A DNA stretch of 64,000 nucleotides, taken from NCBI RefSeq assembly GCF_009914755.1, contig NC_060927.1; one strand, 5' to 3'. The notes under the pieces were generated by a model. That model did no database searches and was not told where the DNA came from. It saw nothing but the letters and a program-made list of their open reading frames with translations. Shown here one piece after another: positions 1-14,982 of the stretch (its first letter is position 1; each line of letters begins with the position of its first letter). Made by a program: the position numbers and the translations under genes. Source of the stretch: the human T2T-CHM13v2.0 reference genome, Homo sapiens.

Positions 1-1108
1 ATGAACTTTTTAGAATAGAATATCTTGCTGAGCTGGCAGGACTTCTAGGAAACCTTTTAAGAAAAGGAAGGTCTCAGTGATACATATACAAAACAAAGCA
101 GCAATATTTCAGTTTTAGCTGGACTACCACTCAATTGCTCCGTGGTATTAGTGCCAAAACTACAATAAGGTTTTGCGCAAGACTTTTATAAGTTGGTCTG
201 ACAGCCATTTTTATTTACACAAGCCACCCCCCAACCCCAATACTGAATTTTCCATATTAATGTGTTTCCATTGTTCTCAGATGGGCCTTCAGTAACTTTA
301 GCCCTCTTCCAGATGTTTCCTGACATCAGCATCCAAGATGTGCTGGCCAGCTGTCTTTAAAATTGCGGGAACTCTGTGTTGTGTGCATTAGTTATGCAAA
401 TGGAAAAGCAAGGACAAGGAGCCAATGTAGAGGATAAAAAAGAACTAGGGGAGGGATTGGCCAGGCTTCACTAGCACATGCAGTGTAGGGAGAAAGCCAA
501 GACAGCAAGCTGTCTTTGATCAAAGCCCCCAGCAAACTTCACCACCGCTCCCCATGCAGAGGGGTTAGTGTCCTCAGTTTCCAGGCCAGGCCTGGGTTTT
601 TGGAAGCTTCCTCAGTCTGTTTTGGTGACTTAATAGGGACACATTGAATATTCACAGATTTATCAACTATCTAACCAGTTTCTCCTCTGCTTCCCTTTGT
701 CAACTAAGAAATATCTTCACGAACAGGAGAACAATTCCCCAAAGTGTAGTCCTCATTAAATTAATAGATGTTTTATGAAAAAAAAGGCAGGGCAGTCACA
801 TGAGTTTAGGAAAACCTAGGTTTAACAAAATTAAGCAATTCCCTTTCCCAGAACACTCTGAGGGCCTCTGATATATTCATGTGCACTGTGAATATCAGAG
901 GGAATCATTTCTCAGAGGACTCAGAGCCTACCTAAGGAAATGCTACACTAGAGGCAATGTAGGTTCTCAGCTCCAGTCACCCTTTCAGGAGGCAAACTGA
1001 CTGCCAATTGAATATGTTTGCATGTCCCCAAACATATGTGTCTCTTACTGAACTTGCAATAGTCTCTACCGCCTGCTCAGGCTCCAGCTTCCCCTTTCTG
1101 GGGAAAAT

Positions 1109-1198
1109 TTGGTCATACCAATTGGTATGGCCAACAGTATGGTATGGTCATACCAATTGGTATGGCCAACAGTATGGTATGGCCATACCAATACTGTT
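1109..1198. repeat. Palindromic 35-bp tandem repeat (2.4 copies)
   Basis: TGGTCATACCAATTGGTATGGCCAACAGTATGGTA at 1110-1144 and 1145-1179 plus a partial third copy. Confidence 0.9.
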
Positions 1199-1555
1199 CT
1201 CCTAAACTAGAATTATGGTAATGGTCCTCTGCCTGATTCCTTTGTCCTAACCAGTGCCCTCTCTCGTCTAATCAATCCTGCAGTAAAGGGCTACTTCTTT
1301 GTCTTCCTAGCCTCAGGCCTGTACCCCAGCTCATGACTGGACATTTCTACTTGGTGCACTATAGAACACCGTACCTGGACATGTAAGTGACTGAGTTCAT
1401 GTCTTCCTCACTCAACAGGCATTTTTCCCCAAACTCTCTATTTCTCTCAATAACGCAGACTCACTATGGTCTAAATATGACTGACAACATTTTTTTTCTT
1501 GTTGGTTTTTGTTTGTTTTGTTGGTTGGTTGGTTTTGTTTGCTTGTTGGTTTTTT

Positions 1556-2740
1556 AATTGTGGTAAAATATACCTAATATAACATTTATTATCTTAACCA
1601 TTTTGAAGTGTACAGTTCAGTAGTACTAAGTACATTCACGTTGTACAACCAATCTTCAGATCTCTTTTCATCTTGCAAAACTGAAACTCTATGCCCATTA
1701 AACAACTCCCCATCTCCCCTCAACCCCCACTGCTGCCCTGCTTCTGGTAGCCACCATTCTACTTTCTCTTTCTATGAATTTGACCACTCTAGGTATCTCA
1801 TATAAGTGGAACATACAGTATTTGTCTTTTTGTGACTGACTTACTTCACTTAATATGTCCTCAAGGTTCATCCATATTATAGTGTGTGTCAGAACTTTTT
1901 TCCTTTTTAAGGCAGAATAATATTCTAGCATATGCTATATTTTGTTTATCCATTTGTCTGTTGATGGACACTTAGGTTGATTTCATATCTTGACTATTGT
2001 GAATAGTGCTTCAGTGAACATGAAGGTGCAGATATCTTTATGAGATCCTGATTTCAATTCTTTTGGAAATATACCCAGAAGAAGGATTTCTGTATTATAC
2101 TGTAGTTCTATTTTTAATTTGTTGAAGAATCTCCATACTGTTTTCCATAGCTGTAGTACCATTTTACATTCTCACCAACATCATACTAGTGTTCCAGTTT
2201 CTTCACAACCTCACCAATACTTATCTTTTTATTTGGTTTTATTTATATTTATATTTATATTTTATTTTTCTTGAGACACGGTCTCGCTCTGCCGCCCACT
2301 GCAACCTCTGCCTCCCGGGCTCAAGCGATCCTCCCACCCCAGCCTCCTGAGTACTGGGACTATGGGCACGTGCCACCATGCCTGGATAATTTTTGTATTT
2401 TTTGTAGAGAGGGGGCTTTGCCATGTTGCCCAGGCTGGCCTCAAATTCCTGGGCTCAAGCAGTCTGCCTGCCTCGACTTCCCAAAGTGCTGGGATTACAG
2501 GTGTGGGCCATCATGTCTGGCCTTTTTTTTTTTTTAAACAATAACCATCCTAATTGGTGTGACGTGTTAACTCATTGTGGTTTTGATTTGTATTAATATC
2601 TCCCTGTTGATTAGTAATTTTGGGTATCTTTTTATATACTTTGTTGGCTATTTGTATGTCTTCTTTAGAGAAATGTATGTTCAAATTATTTACCCATTTT
2701 TAAATAAGGTTGTTTTGTGGTTGCTGTTATTATTTTACAA
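1556..2740 (-). mobile_element. L1MB-type LINE-1 3' fragment interrupted by an Alu
   Basis: Typical antisense L1M 3' UTR/ORF2 end (TTAATTGTGGTAAAATA..., CTCAAGGTTCATCCAT..., TTTCCATAG...ACCATTTTACATTC). Confidence 0.8.
2235..2522 (-). mobile_element. AluJ-like element with internal deletion and (TTTATA)n tail
   Basis: Antisense Alu; lacks the CCAGGCTGGAGTGCAGTGG segment. Confidence 0.8.
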
Positions 2741-2862
2741 GGAACAGAGAACCATCCATGCTAGGTTAAGTAAAGAATTTTTCTTTGCTATGATTATAAC
2801 AGCTGCATTTTTTGTTTGTTGTTTTTTTGGAAGGATACACAGTGGACTCACTCAAAGAACTA

Positions 2863-3172
<310 letters not shown>

Positions 3173-3775
3173 GAACTAAGGACAGTTGGGCCTTCAGGAG
3201 ACCAGACCTGAGAAAGTTTAGGAACGGAATGAGGCTGGCTGCTCCCTCAGAGGTCACAAACCCTTCTAATTAGTTTTGTCATGGTGCATCTGCCCTATTT
3301 TTTTTCTCTTCTTCCCTCTGCTGATTCTCCTCACATAAGACTCCCAGTGGCCATCAAGGCCCCAACTGTACTGGACCTCTCAGTTGTAGTTCACACCATC
3401 ATGTGGCAGTTTATTCCCATGTTTTCAGAACAAATTCCTCAGAGTGAAAAAATCTGACCAGTTCAGGTCATCTTTCTAGCTGGGCTATATAAGCATTGTA
3501 TCGTTTTGGGTCAGGTGTTCACCCAGGTCCAACAAGACTTGGAGAAGGGCTTTCAGGCCACACAGTACAGAGCATGACCCTTTAGGACAGGCAGGGAGAC
3601 ATCATTGCAGTTAAGGGCTCTAGGTTGTGAATCACACTGCCTAAGATCAAATTCTGGTTTGCTATTTACCAGTTTTGTGATCTAAGGCAGATAACATCTG
3701 TTCTTTGGTTTTCTCATGTGTAAAATAAGTTTAATTATACTACTTATAGGATTATTGTGAAATTAGATAAATTGA

Positions 3776-4127
<352 letters not shown>

Positions 4128-4432
4128 CGTTATCCCCTTTTAACAAAGGAAGAAATTGAAGCATAAAGAAGTTAAGTAACTTGTCCAAGTTCACATATGT
4201 AGTAAAGAGTAGAGCCAGCATATAAAGCCAGGTCACAGCCAAAATCTGCTCTCATAACCACTGTGCCAAACTGATTTACTCCCCAGTTTAGGAAGCTTTC
4301 AGTGATAAACTCCACCCAAATTGATTATATATTCATTTACGGGCACAGTTAGGAAAGAAGATGGGAAGGGGTGAAGAGGAGACAGAAGCGTAGGGTTTCA
4401 CACACTTGCTAAAAAAAAAAAAAAAAAAAAGG

Positions 4433-4550
4433 AGGCTGGATGTGGTTGCTTGTGCCTGTAATCCCAGCAGGTTGGGAGGCCAAGGTGGCTTGAGCCCAGA
4501 AGTTCAGGACCAGCCTGCTCACCACAGCGAGATCTTGTCTCTACAAAAGT
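4433..4550 (+). mobile_element. Alu monomer (FLAM-like)
   Basis: GGCTGGATGTGG...CCTGTAATCCCAGC...GTCTCTACAAAA, left arm only. Confidence 0.7.
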
Positions 4551-6597
4551 AAAAGTTTAAAAAATTATTAAGTTGAATTAAAAAAGGAAAATTCAGGATC
4601 TTGATATAATAGTCAAAAGTATATGAAATCAGTAGTAAAATAATAAATAATTCTACTATTATTATTAACACAACTTGTCAGAAGTGATACAAACCAAGTA
4701 GATGCATTTGTTTTGTGAGGTACTAGGGGTACTAGAGCTTACTTTATTTTATAAAGAACAATCTAGCCAGCTTCTGGGCATATACAACCTGATCACTAGT
4801 TTCTCCATTTGGCAGAATTCTTCCCTTAGCCTCAGCAGCTGAACTTGCACCCAGATCACACCACTGTCCCTGCTTTTGCCCAGGTCACCAAAGGCCAACT
4901 TTAATAATCACTTCTGGTTTTCATCTCACCTATTTTATCAGCAGATTAAATTGCCCAGTCTCTCTTTCTTAAAACATTTTCTTCTCTTGGCTTCTGTGCA
5001 TCACATTTTCCTGCCACATTTTCAAATGGCTCAGACCTATCAGCCAGGTCTTAGCTCAAGCTCTCTTTAGAAAGCCTTCTCTGACCACCCAATCTAAAGA
5101 TGCTCCTTGGTTACTCTCTGTCATATTTACTTTATTTTCCTTAATATTTAGCATTCTCTGAAATCATCTTTTTTATTTATTGTTACTTACCTCTAGTTAT
5201 CTGCCTTCCCAACCAATGTTAACTTCTTGAAATCAAAGACTGGCTGTTTCACTTATTATTGTATTCTACAAGTTTCTGACATGTAGTAAGGACTCAGTTT
5301 GTATTTCTTGATTGTATAAATGTCAAATGAAGTTTAAGTAATGGAAAGAAAGAAAAGTGAAGAAAGGCAAAATTTTAATTTTACATTTTAAAATTTAAAA
5401 TTGGTAATGTGTACCTGTAGTCCAACCTACTTTTGAGGCTGAGGTGGGAGGATTGAGGCCAGGAGTTCGAGGCTGTAGTACACTATGACCACACCTGTGA
5501 ATAGCCACTGTACTCCAGCCTGGGCAACAAAGCAAGACCCTATCCTTGCTATAAAATAAAATTTTATTTTAAGTATCTTTGCTATAAAATAAAATTATTG
5601 GGAACTAAAGGGAGGGAAGGGGTAAGAGAAAACACAAAAAATTATCATTTCTCTAAATCAGATTTTTTCTATAGCTGTGGCTCTCTCATGATCAGCCTAC
5701 GATTTACCCAACATTCTCTTGTTCCTGAATTCTTCTTAGACAATTCCTGTGTTGTTATATATTGATCACACTTTTTCACTAAACTGGATGTTTTTAGTTG
5801 CTGACAAAAACTTATATCAAGAGGAAAAGTAAGTGCGACCTGCAAAATTAGGGTTGTGTAACCCATCTGCTTATTATTGAACCTTATGAATAGGAATTTT
5901 GAGGATTAGACATTAGTCAGTCTCAGGCCAAAACCAGGAGCTAATTCCTATGGAATAGTAACAATCTAAGCTTTCACACTACTCTAAACCACAACTGAAG
6001 TGCAAAGTAATTTATTGCTAAATATTACTCATTTTACTACTAGCAAGGGTGGAAAGTATTTTGAAACCAATTACACTTCAGGACAATATAAATGATATCT
6101 CATTTAATCCTCAAAATAACTGCAAGATATAGATATTATTATTATGACATTCGCAAAAGTGGAAACTGAGACTCAGTCAGTTACAACATTTGCTCAAGGG
6201 CATGCTGTAAATTAAGTAAGGTAAGATGTGTCTGATGCTCAAGGCTACACTTTTTCTCTCCACCCACACTGTCTCCCAAACATTTGGCTTCACATCTGCT
6301 GCGTATGAGAGTGACTATCCTGGTTAGCAGGGAATGTAGGTGGAGAGAAAAGGTAATACTCAGAAAAGAAAAGGGTCTAAAACTTATGATTTGCAGGTGA
6401 AGGTGGGGTTTGAGGAACTGAAGTCCAGAATATATTTTTCCATGCACTCAGTATTCATTTAAAAATATAATTAAGTTAAAATATTTGACTTTAAAAAAAC
6501 ATTTTCACACATAAACCGTTAGAAATTCAGGATTGTCTATGCCAATTCTGAAAAAAATAAAACCATGAATTCTCTTCCATAATAATGTACATCTTGA

Positions 6598-6945
<348 letters not shown>

Positions 6946-6991
6946 TAAATCTGTTTATTTAACTTATCTGAGCCAGTTATAAGGATCACAG

Positions 6992-8962
6992 TGATAGCAG
7001 CAGCAGAGGGGCATGGGCAGTAATGGAGGGAGCGGCTGTGGGAGTGACAGTGGCAGCGGTGTGACCCCTGTGGCACGCATCCCTGAGGCAGCGGACTTCG
7101 ACTTTGTTGCCCAACCCTCGTGCAGTTGGGTGGGACTTGATCCCAGGCCCAGAGCCTCTGCTGCTCTGGACCCTGGCCCCACGTCGCTGCTTTTGCTGGC
7201 CACCACTGCGGGGAGGCTGCGGGGAGGAGATGATAGTCTCTGGAGCCTGCCCTGGGAGCCCCCCAGATCCCACCGCTCTGGCAGCCGCCGTGATGGGGCC
7301 AGGCCGAGTTGCCTGCTGGCAGAAGAGCAGTGCGGTCGGACGTGAAGGGGTGGGCAGAGAGGGAACCCAAGGCGGAGCTGGGCCTGGGGCGGTGTCACCT
7401 TCATGAAGCCAGCGGGAGCCGGGAGCAGGCAGCAGCCTGGACCTTTCGGGTGCGGCTGCAGCCACCCAAGACACCGCTGTGGACATGGACCCCTGCCTCC
7501 CTGTGCTTAGGGGCTGGGAGCAGGCAGGAGCCCCGCCCTCCTGGACCCAGCTGCAGACGCCGAGCTGCGACTGCAGAACCAGGCATCTCTGAACTCTCAG
7601 GGGCCCAGGAAGGCCACCCTTGCCCCGGTAGGCTCAGAGGGGTCTGCTCCCAGTGTCTAGCCTCTCCCCGCTCCCAGCGCCCCCTCGGATCTCAGAGCAA
7701 GGATGGGGCCAAGCCCGGGCGCTGTTGCAGCCTGGCTGGGTGTGCGCAGGCTCAGGGCACCGCTGAGACACCCGGCCCCTGTCATCTCTGCCCTCTCTGG
7801 ACTTTGGGAACTAATGAACATGGGAGGGAGACCAGGGGGTGCTGAGGACAGCCTGGCGCTGGCCTGCAGGTGCCCCTTGGCAAGAACAGCCTGGGCACCA
7901 TGAACAGCAGCAGGAAGCAGATAGGCTCCTGGGCAGAATGGGGTGGGTCCCCAGGAAACTCCTACCTTCAAGCCAAGGGGGGCCTGAAGCCTGGGGGCTG
8001 GGCTGCCAGTCCCACGGACCAGAGTGGGAACGTGTGGTGCTTTTCCCTGGGCCCATCCACGGCCACCCATGGACCAATCAGCACACACTTCCTACCCTCT
8101 GAGGCCCATTAAAAACCCCCAGAGTCAGTCAGACTCGGAAGAGAGGATGGAGAGAGGACAGGGAGACAAGGTGATGACCAGCTGCAGAGAGGAGCCGAGG
8201 AGATGGTGGGAGGACTAGCTGCAGAGAGGAGCTACCCTCTCTGCTGACAGCTGAAAACTCGTCGGGACACCCTGGCTATGGAAAGAAGCTGCCCACTGCA
8301 GGTCTCCTCTGAGCTATTCTGTTTCTCAATAAAGCTCCTCTTCGCCTTGCTCACCCTCTACTTGTCTGTGTGGAAGAACAAGAACTCGGGACCCACCAAA
8401 TGGCAAGGCTAAAAGAGCTGTGACACAAACAGGGCTGAAACATGCCCCTTGTCCACCATGTTGTGGGTGAAGAGGAGAGAACACCTGCGGCCCTTCAGGG
8501 AGCCCAGACCTGGGAGCTCCCCAAGCCAGGGCTGTGACTCCCTCTTTGGGGGCCTGCAGTTGCAGGCATCTCCAAGCTTCTGGGTGTCAAGCTTCTGGGC
8601 GTCACTGCATTTTCCGGTGCCAGCTGGGGAAGTTGCTTGCAGTGTGCCTGGTCCAGCATAGCCTCACAGAGCGCTGGCACCCGTGCCAGCACTCGGAACT
8701 GCCTGCCCCCTGGCAGCAGCCGGCGTATTTGTGCGCAGTGGCCGGATCCCACGCTTGCTTACACATCCCTTGCCGCTCCACACCTGACTCAGTCTCCCTT
8801 AGAGGTGTGATCAAGGGCCAGTAGCATGAGCTGAGCACAGCCTGCCAGGCCGAGTGGGCGGAACAAGCCCAGAGGGCCTGAGAAAACTTGGGCAAAGGCA
8901 CCACCAGCCAAAGAGATTTCCGGCCAGAAAAGCGACATCCCAATCCCAAAGATCCCAGAACA
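6992..8962 (+). mobile_element. Solo ERV1-class LTR, MER52-like (about 1.97 kb, GC-rich)
   Basis: TG...CA termini with 4-bp TSD ACAG (6988-6991, 8963-8966); internal AATAAA near 8328; 3' end resembles recalled MER52 consensus; explains the cluster of GC-rich spurious ORFs. Confidence 0.8.
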
Positions 8963-9350
8963 ACAGTACTTCATACATATACCTCACATAGAGTTGGGAT
9001 ATAAGTACAACTTAGTACATGTGGATAAAGTGCTCTGCAGATATTAATTTCTCTTTCTAATACTTATGCTAATCACAAAAATAGTAAAAATATGAATAGC
9101 AAAGAGTGATGGGGATCTCAGAGGGGACTACAACATATTTAACTGGATAAAAAGTCTTGTTTGGTTTGGTTTGGGGTGGGGGTTAACTAGGGAGCCTCAT
9201 CAACATTTATGGCATTGTCTTCCTAAGAAAATTGGTCTCAGGTTTGCCTACAATGAAAACATTGACAAAACATTGAACATGAATTCTCTATTCAGTGAAG
9301 AGAGAATTTACTATTCAGGGCTATTTGTTTTGAATTCAGAAATTGTTCTG

Positions 9351-9657
9351 CGCCTGGCGTGGTGGCTCATGCCTGTAATCCCAGCACTTTGGGAGGCCGA
9401 GATGGGTGGATCACTTGAGGGCAGGAGTTTGTGACCAGCCTGGCCAACATGGTAAAACCCTGTCTCTACTAAAAATTCAAAAATTAGCCAGGCATGGTGG
9501 CACACAGCTGTAATCCCAGCTACTCAGAAGGCTGGGCAGGAGAATTGCTGGAACCTGGAAGGCAGAGGGTGCAGTGAGCCGAGATCACACCACTGCACTA
9601 CAGCCTGGGTGACAAAGGGAGACTCCATCTCAAAAAAAAATAATAAAATAAAATAAA
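9351..9657 (+). mobile_element. AluS
   Basis: Sense dimer, TSD AGAAATTGTTCTG. Confidence 0.9.
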
Positions 9658-10145
9658 GAAATTGTTCTGATGCTCTGTGGCCTACTTACCTTTTCAACTA
9701 AATCTACCCATACTTGATACTTGTCAAAGCCACAGAAAGATAAAAACAATCCTACAAAATTTGAAAACTACTCTGAATATACTGTGATTGAGGGATGGCC
9801 CAAAGGAAAATAAAAATATTCTTATCTGGTATTAGGGAAAAAAAAATTATATTTTAACATTTTCTCTTAGAATCATTTACTTATTGATTGTTGAGACCTG
9901 TTTTTTAATAGTAAACAAACAAAAAGTCATATTTTATTTTTTAAATTTAATTTCTAGATTTCTTAATACTCATATTATTTCATAAGTGGATGGATGGCTA
10001 CTTGGGTGGCTCTAAATGTGTAGTTTAGGATACGTCCAGAAGAATTAACAAGTTTAGAAAATAAAAATTTTTATAAGGACAGATCTACAGAGAAATCATA
10101 AGAAAAAAAAATGTGGGCATACAGTCACAAGAATCAAAAATTATG

Positions 10146-10410
10146 GGCCAAGCATAGCAGCTCATACCTCTAATCCTTGCACTTTGGGAAGCTGAGGTGG
10201 GCGGGTTACTTGAGCCCAGAGTTCGAGACCAGACTGGGCAACATAGGGTGAACCCTGTCTCTATAAAAAATAAAAAACTTAGGTGGCACATGCCTGTAGT
10301 CCCAGCTATCTGGGGGCTGACGTGGGAGGATTGCTTGAGCTGGGGAGGTTGAGGCTGCAGCGAGCTGAGATTGTGCGACTCCCCAGTGGGTGACAGACTG
10401 GCCTTGTCTG
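10146..10410 (+). mobile_element. AluJ, diverged and tailless
   Basis: Diverged sense dimer with CTTGAGCCCAGAGTTCGAGACC. Confidence 0.8.
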
Positions 10411-12061
10411 GTTAACATTTCTCCTAAAGGTAATTCTACTTTGCAATTATATGGTGCTTCTTTCCCGTTCGAAAGCAGTTTCACTTCTATTATCTCACTT
10501 TATAAGCTTCGAAGGCTAAAGTAATGAATACAATTTTAGGCTATCTTCAGCCTAAAAACAATGAAAAGTTAGCAAAACAAACAAACAAACAAAAAAGATT
10601 ATGAACTAATGGTCTACAAAGACTATTTTCAAGGACAATTCTTTTGATTGTGCAGATTGATAAAGGAAGCAGGTCTCCTGAGTAATCATTACCTTCCGTC
10701 TCTGGTGGGTGTGTTGAACCACACCATCAGGAAAGCCACTAATTATCAGGAAGAGCAAAGCTGAACTGTTCCCCTAAGCTTCTTCGAGGTGCCAGAGCAA
10801 ATCCAGAGGAGAAAATCCTGCAGTGGAGGGAAAAAGGATTTGTGTCTCTGAGAAAGTGAGATTTAAGATGTATGCCCTCTGGTGCCCAAGAAGTGAAGGA
10901 CAAGGGTGATGATCCAACATAAGCAATTTGTGAATATGAAATATGTTGAAAGACTTTGAAAATTTCCTGATTAGGTGTAGGGTGGGTATAGTGAAGAAGG
11001 ATATTCTTGGCTTAAGATATAGACATAAAAATTCATACATTTGGAAGGTCTCTCTTATGGAAATTCAGGAACAAGACTATGGTAGCTTGTTAGTATTCAC
11101 ATGTTTTCTACTACTCACAAGTAGTAAATACTTGTGAGTATTCATTCATGTTTTTCTCCTAGATTTTATATCACCATTAATAAAACAGGTATTATTATTA
11201 TTCTAATTTTAGAAAAAAATAGAAATGATCATATCATCAAGGCTGATTTATACTGAAAAATAAGTGAACAAGGGAAATTATACAAAATTATATCCCTAAA
11301 CAAATATATTATAAAATTGCTTACTCTTTTATAATAACTCAATGACATTACCAAGTTACCAGACCCCAGAGACTATTTTTTAAAGTCTATGTGACTATTA
11401 GAAAATTAAAGGGCCTTCCATAGTGTCCCATCTTCTCATTGTGACCTTACGTTCTTTTTTTCCCCATAATCACCACATCAAACTTGGAATTTTGTATCTC
11501 AAAGAAGCAGGATTGTTTTCTCAAGGAAGCAGATTAAGAAAAAAACTGAGGAAGAAAAGGAAACAGATAGTAGAAAGCAGGAGATCGTTACCAACCACTC
11601 ATTCAGCCACATGCCATGAGGGCCACTAGTCTCTGTTCACACAGGCTCAACAGCTCACAGGGTCCTCTGCTATCTCACTTTGGTTCTTTTCATTTTAATT
11701 TTTTACCCAAAGTTTATTATGGTAAAATATATGTAACAAAATTTACTATCTTAATCATTTTTAAGTGCACAGCTGAGTGGCATTCAGTATATTCATATGG
11801 TTGTGCAAACATCACCAGCATCCATCTCCAGATCTCTTTTCATCTTGCAAAATTGAAACTCTATGCCCGTTAAACAACAACTCATTGCTCCCTTCCTGCT
11901 ACCCCTGGCAACCATCATTCTACTTTCTGTCTCTATGATTTTGACTACTTTAAGTACTTCATAAAAGTGGGATCATATAGTATTTGTTGTTTTGTGACTG
12001 GCTTATTTCACTTAGCCTAATGTCCTCAAGGTTCATCCATGTTGTAGCATGCCTCAGAATT

Positions 12062-12375
12062 TTCTTTCTTCTTCTTCTTCATTTTTTTTTCTTGTGGCAG
12101 GGTCTCATTCTGTTGCCCAGGCTGGAGTGCAGTGGTATGATCTCGGTTCAGTGCAACGTCTGCCTCCCAGGTTCAAGCGGTTCTCCTGCCTCAGCCTCCT
12201 GAGGAGCTGGGATTACTGGTGCTTGTCACCACGCCTGGCTAATTTTTGTATTTTTGGTAGAGATGGGATTTCACTATGTTGGCCAGGCTGGTCTTGAACT
12301 CCTGACCTCAAGTGATCTGCCTGACTTGGCCTCCCATAGGGCTGGGATTACAGATGTGAGGCACCATGCCTGGCC
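12062..12375 (-). mobile_element. AluS in L1
   Basis: Antisense dimer with (TTC)n tail. Confidence 0.88.
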
Positions 12376-12409
12376 TGAATTTTCTTCCTTTTTAAGGCTG
12401 AATAATATT

Positions 12410-12719
12410 CTTTTTCTTTTTTTTTTTTTCTTTTTTGAGACCGAGTCTCACTCTGTTGCCCAGGCTGGGGTGCAGTGGCATCATCCTGGGGCTCACTGCA
12501 ACCTCTGCCTCCCGAGTTCAAGTGATTCTTGGGCCTCAGCCTCCTGAGTAGCTGGGACTACAGGCGTCAGCCACCAAGCCCAGCTAATTTTTTTATTTTT
12601 AGTAGAGACAGGGTTTCACCACGTTGGTCAGGCTGATCTTGAACTCCTGACCTCAGGTGATCCACCTGCCTCGGCTTCCCAAAGTGCTGGGATTACAGGC
12701 GTGGCCACTGTGCCCAGCC
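12410..12719 (-). mobile_element. AluS in L1
   Basis: Antisense dimer; TTAAGGCTGAA(T/C)AATATTCT on both flanks. Confidence 0.88.
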
Positions 12720-14982
12720 TTAAGGCTGAACAATATTCTATTGTAAGTATATATCACATTTTGCTTTTTCATTCATCTGTCAATGGCCTCTTGGGTTGCT
12801 TCAATGTTTTAGCTATTGTAAGTAATGCTGTATGAACACGAGCATACAAATATCTTTGATACTTTGCTTTTAATTCTTCTGAGTATGGCATTGCTGGATC
12901 ATATGGTAAATCTATTTTTAATTTTTTGAGAAACCACCATACTGCTTTCCACAGTGGTTATACCATTCTATATCCCCCAAACAGGCACAAAGATTCTATT
13001 TTCTCCACATACCCTGCAAACACATTTTATTTTCTATTGCTTTGATAGTAGCCATCCTAAGGGTGTCCAGGTGGCTCTCACTATAGTTTTGACTTGCATT
13101 TCCATAATGATTAGTAAGGCTGAGCATCTTTGCATGTGCTGATTGGCCATTTGTATATCTTCTTGGAGAAGTATCAAATATCTATTCAAGTCCTTCACCC
13201 ATTTTTGAATTGAGCTGTTTGTATTTTTGTTGTTGAGTTTTAGGAGTTCTCCATATATTCTGGATACTAATCCCTTATCAGATATATGACGTGTAAATAT
13301 ATTCTCAAATTCTGTAGGCTGTCTTTCTATTCTGTTGATAGTGTCTTTTGATATAAAATTTTTAAATTTTCATGAAGTCCAATTTGTCTGTTTTTTTCTT
13401 TTGTTGCCTGTGCCTTTGGTGTCATCACACAAAATCACTGCCTAATCCCATGTCGTGAAGTTTTTGCCTTATGTTTTCTTCTAAGAGTTTTATAGTTTTA
13501 GGGCTTACATTTAGGCCATGGATCTACTTTGAGCTAAATTATGCATATGGTATTAGGTAAAGGTAAAAGTTCATTATTTTGCATGTAAATATCTAGTTTT
13601 CTCAGCACCATTTGTTGAAAAGACTGTCCTTTTCTTATTGAATAATCATGGTTCCCTTACCAAAAATCATTTGACCATATATTTGAAGATTTATTTCTGG
13701 ATTCTCTATTGTATTCATTGGTCTTTATGTGTGGTCTTTATGCCACTACCACACTGTCTTAATTACTATTACCTATTATAAATTTTTAAATCAATAAGTG
13801 TGAGTCCTCCAGCTTTGTTCTTCTCTTTTAGGATTATTTTGACTATTTAGAGTTCCTTGAAATTTCATATGAATATTAAGATTTGTTTTCCTATTTTTGC
13901 AAAAAAAAAACCTACTTGTTTGATAGGAACCACACTAAATCTGTAGATCACTTTGGGTAGTGTTGAAATCTTAACAATATTAAGTCTTCCAATCCGTGAA
14001 CATGAAATAGCTCTCCATTTATTTATGTCTTCTTTAATTTCTCTCAGATATATTTTGTACTTTACAGTACATAGATTTTTTACATCCTTGGTAAAGTTAA
14101 TTCCTAGGTACTTTATTATTTTTGATGCTATTATAAATGGAATTGTTTTCTTAAGTTTTTTCAGATTGTTTATTGTTTGTGTATATAAATGCGACTGATT
14201 TTTGTGTGTTGACTTTGTATCCTGCTATTTTGCTGAATTTATTAATTGTAACTTTTTTGTGTGTGGAATCTTCAGGGTTTTCTACATATGAGATCATGTC
14301 ATCTGCAAACAGGGATATTTTACTTCTTTTTTTCCATTTTAGATGCCTTTCATTTCTTTTTCTTGTCTCATTGCTATGTCTAGCATTTCCAATGCTATAC
14401 GGTGAAAGTGGAAATTTTTTTCTTGTTTCTGATCTTAGAGAAAAAGCTTTCAGTCTTTCACCATTAAGTATGATGTTTGCTGTGGGTTATTCACAGACAG
14501 CTTTTGTTATGTTGAGTTAGTTTCCTTCTATTCAGAGTTTACTGAGCATTTTTACCATGAAAGGATGTTGAATTTTGTCAAATGCTTTTTCTGCACCACT
14601 TGGGATGATCATGTGGCTTTCTCCCTTCATTCTGTTAATGTGGTGTATTACATTGATCAGTTTTCATAGATTGAATCATCCTTGCATTCCAGGAATAAAC
14701 CTCACTTAGCCATAGCGTATAATCTTTTAAATATGCTGTTGCACTTAGTTTACTCATATTTTGTTCAGAATATTTTTGCATCAATGTTCATAAGGGATAT
14801 TGGTCTATTAGTTTTCTTTTCTTGTAGAGTCTTTGTCTGGCTTTGGTATCAGGGTAATGCTGGCCTAATAGACTGGGTTAGGGTGTAATCTCTTCAATTT
14901 TTTTGGAAAAGTTTGAGAAGGATTGGTGTTAGTTCTTTAAATGTTTGGTATAATTCACTGGTAAAACCATCAGATCCAGGGC

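Noticed and set aside
385-401. Octamer ATGCAAAT with possible SOX-OCT composite
   Set aside because: The SOX half-site is a poor match; single octamers recur by chance elsewhere in the window.
1110-1192. 35-bp repeats resembling a CRISPR array
   Set aside because: Repeats are directly tandem with no unique spacers, there are no cas genes, and the context is primate genomic DNA.
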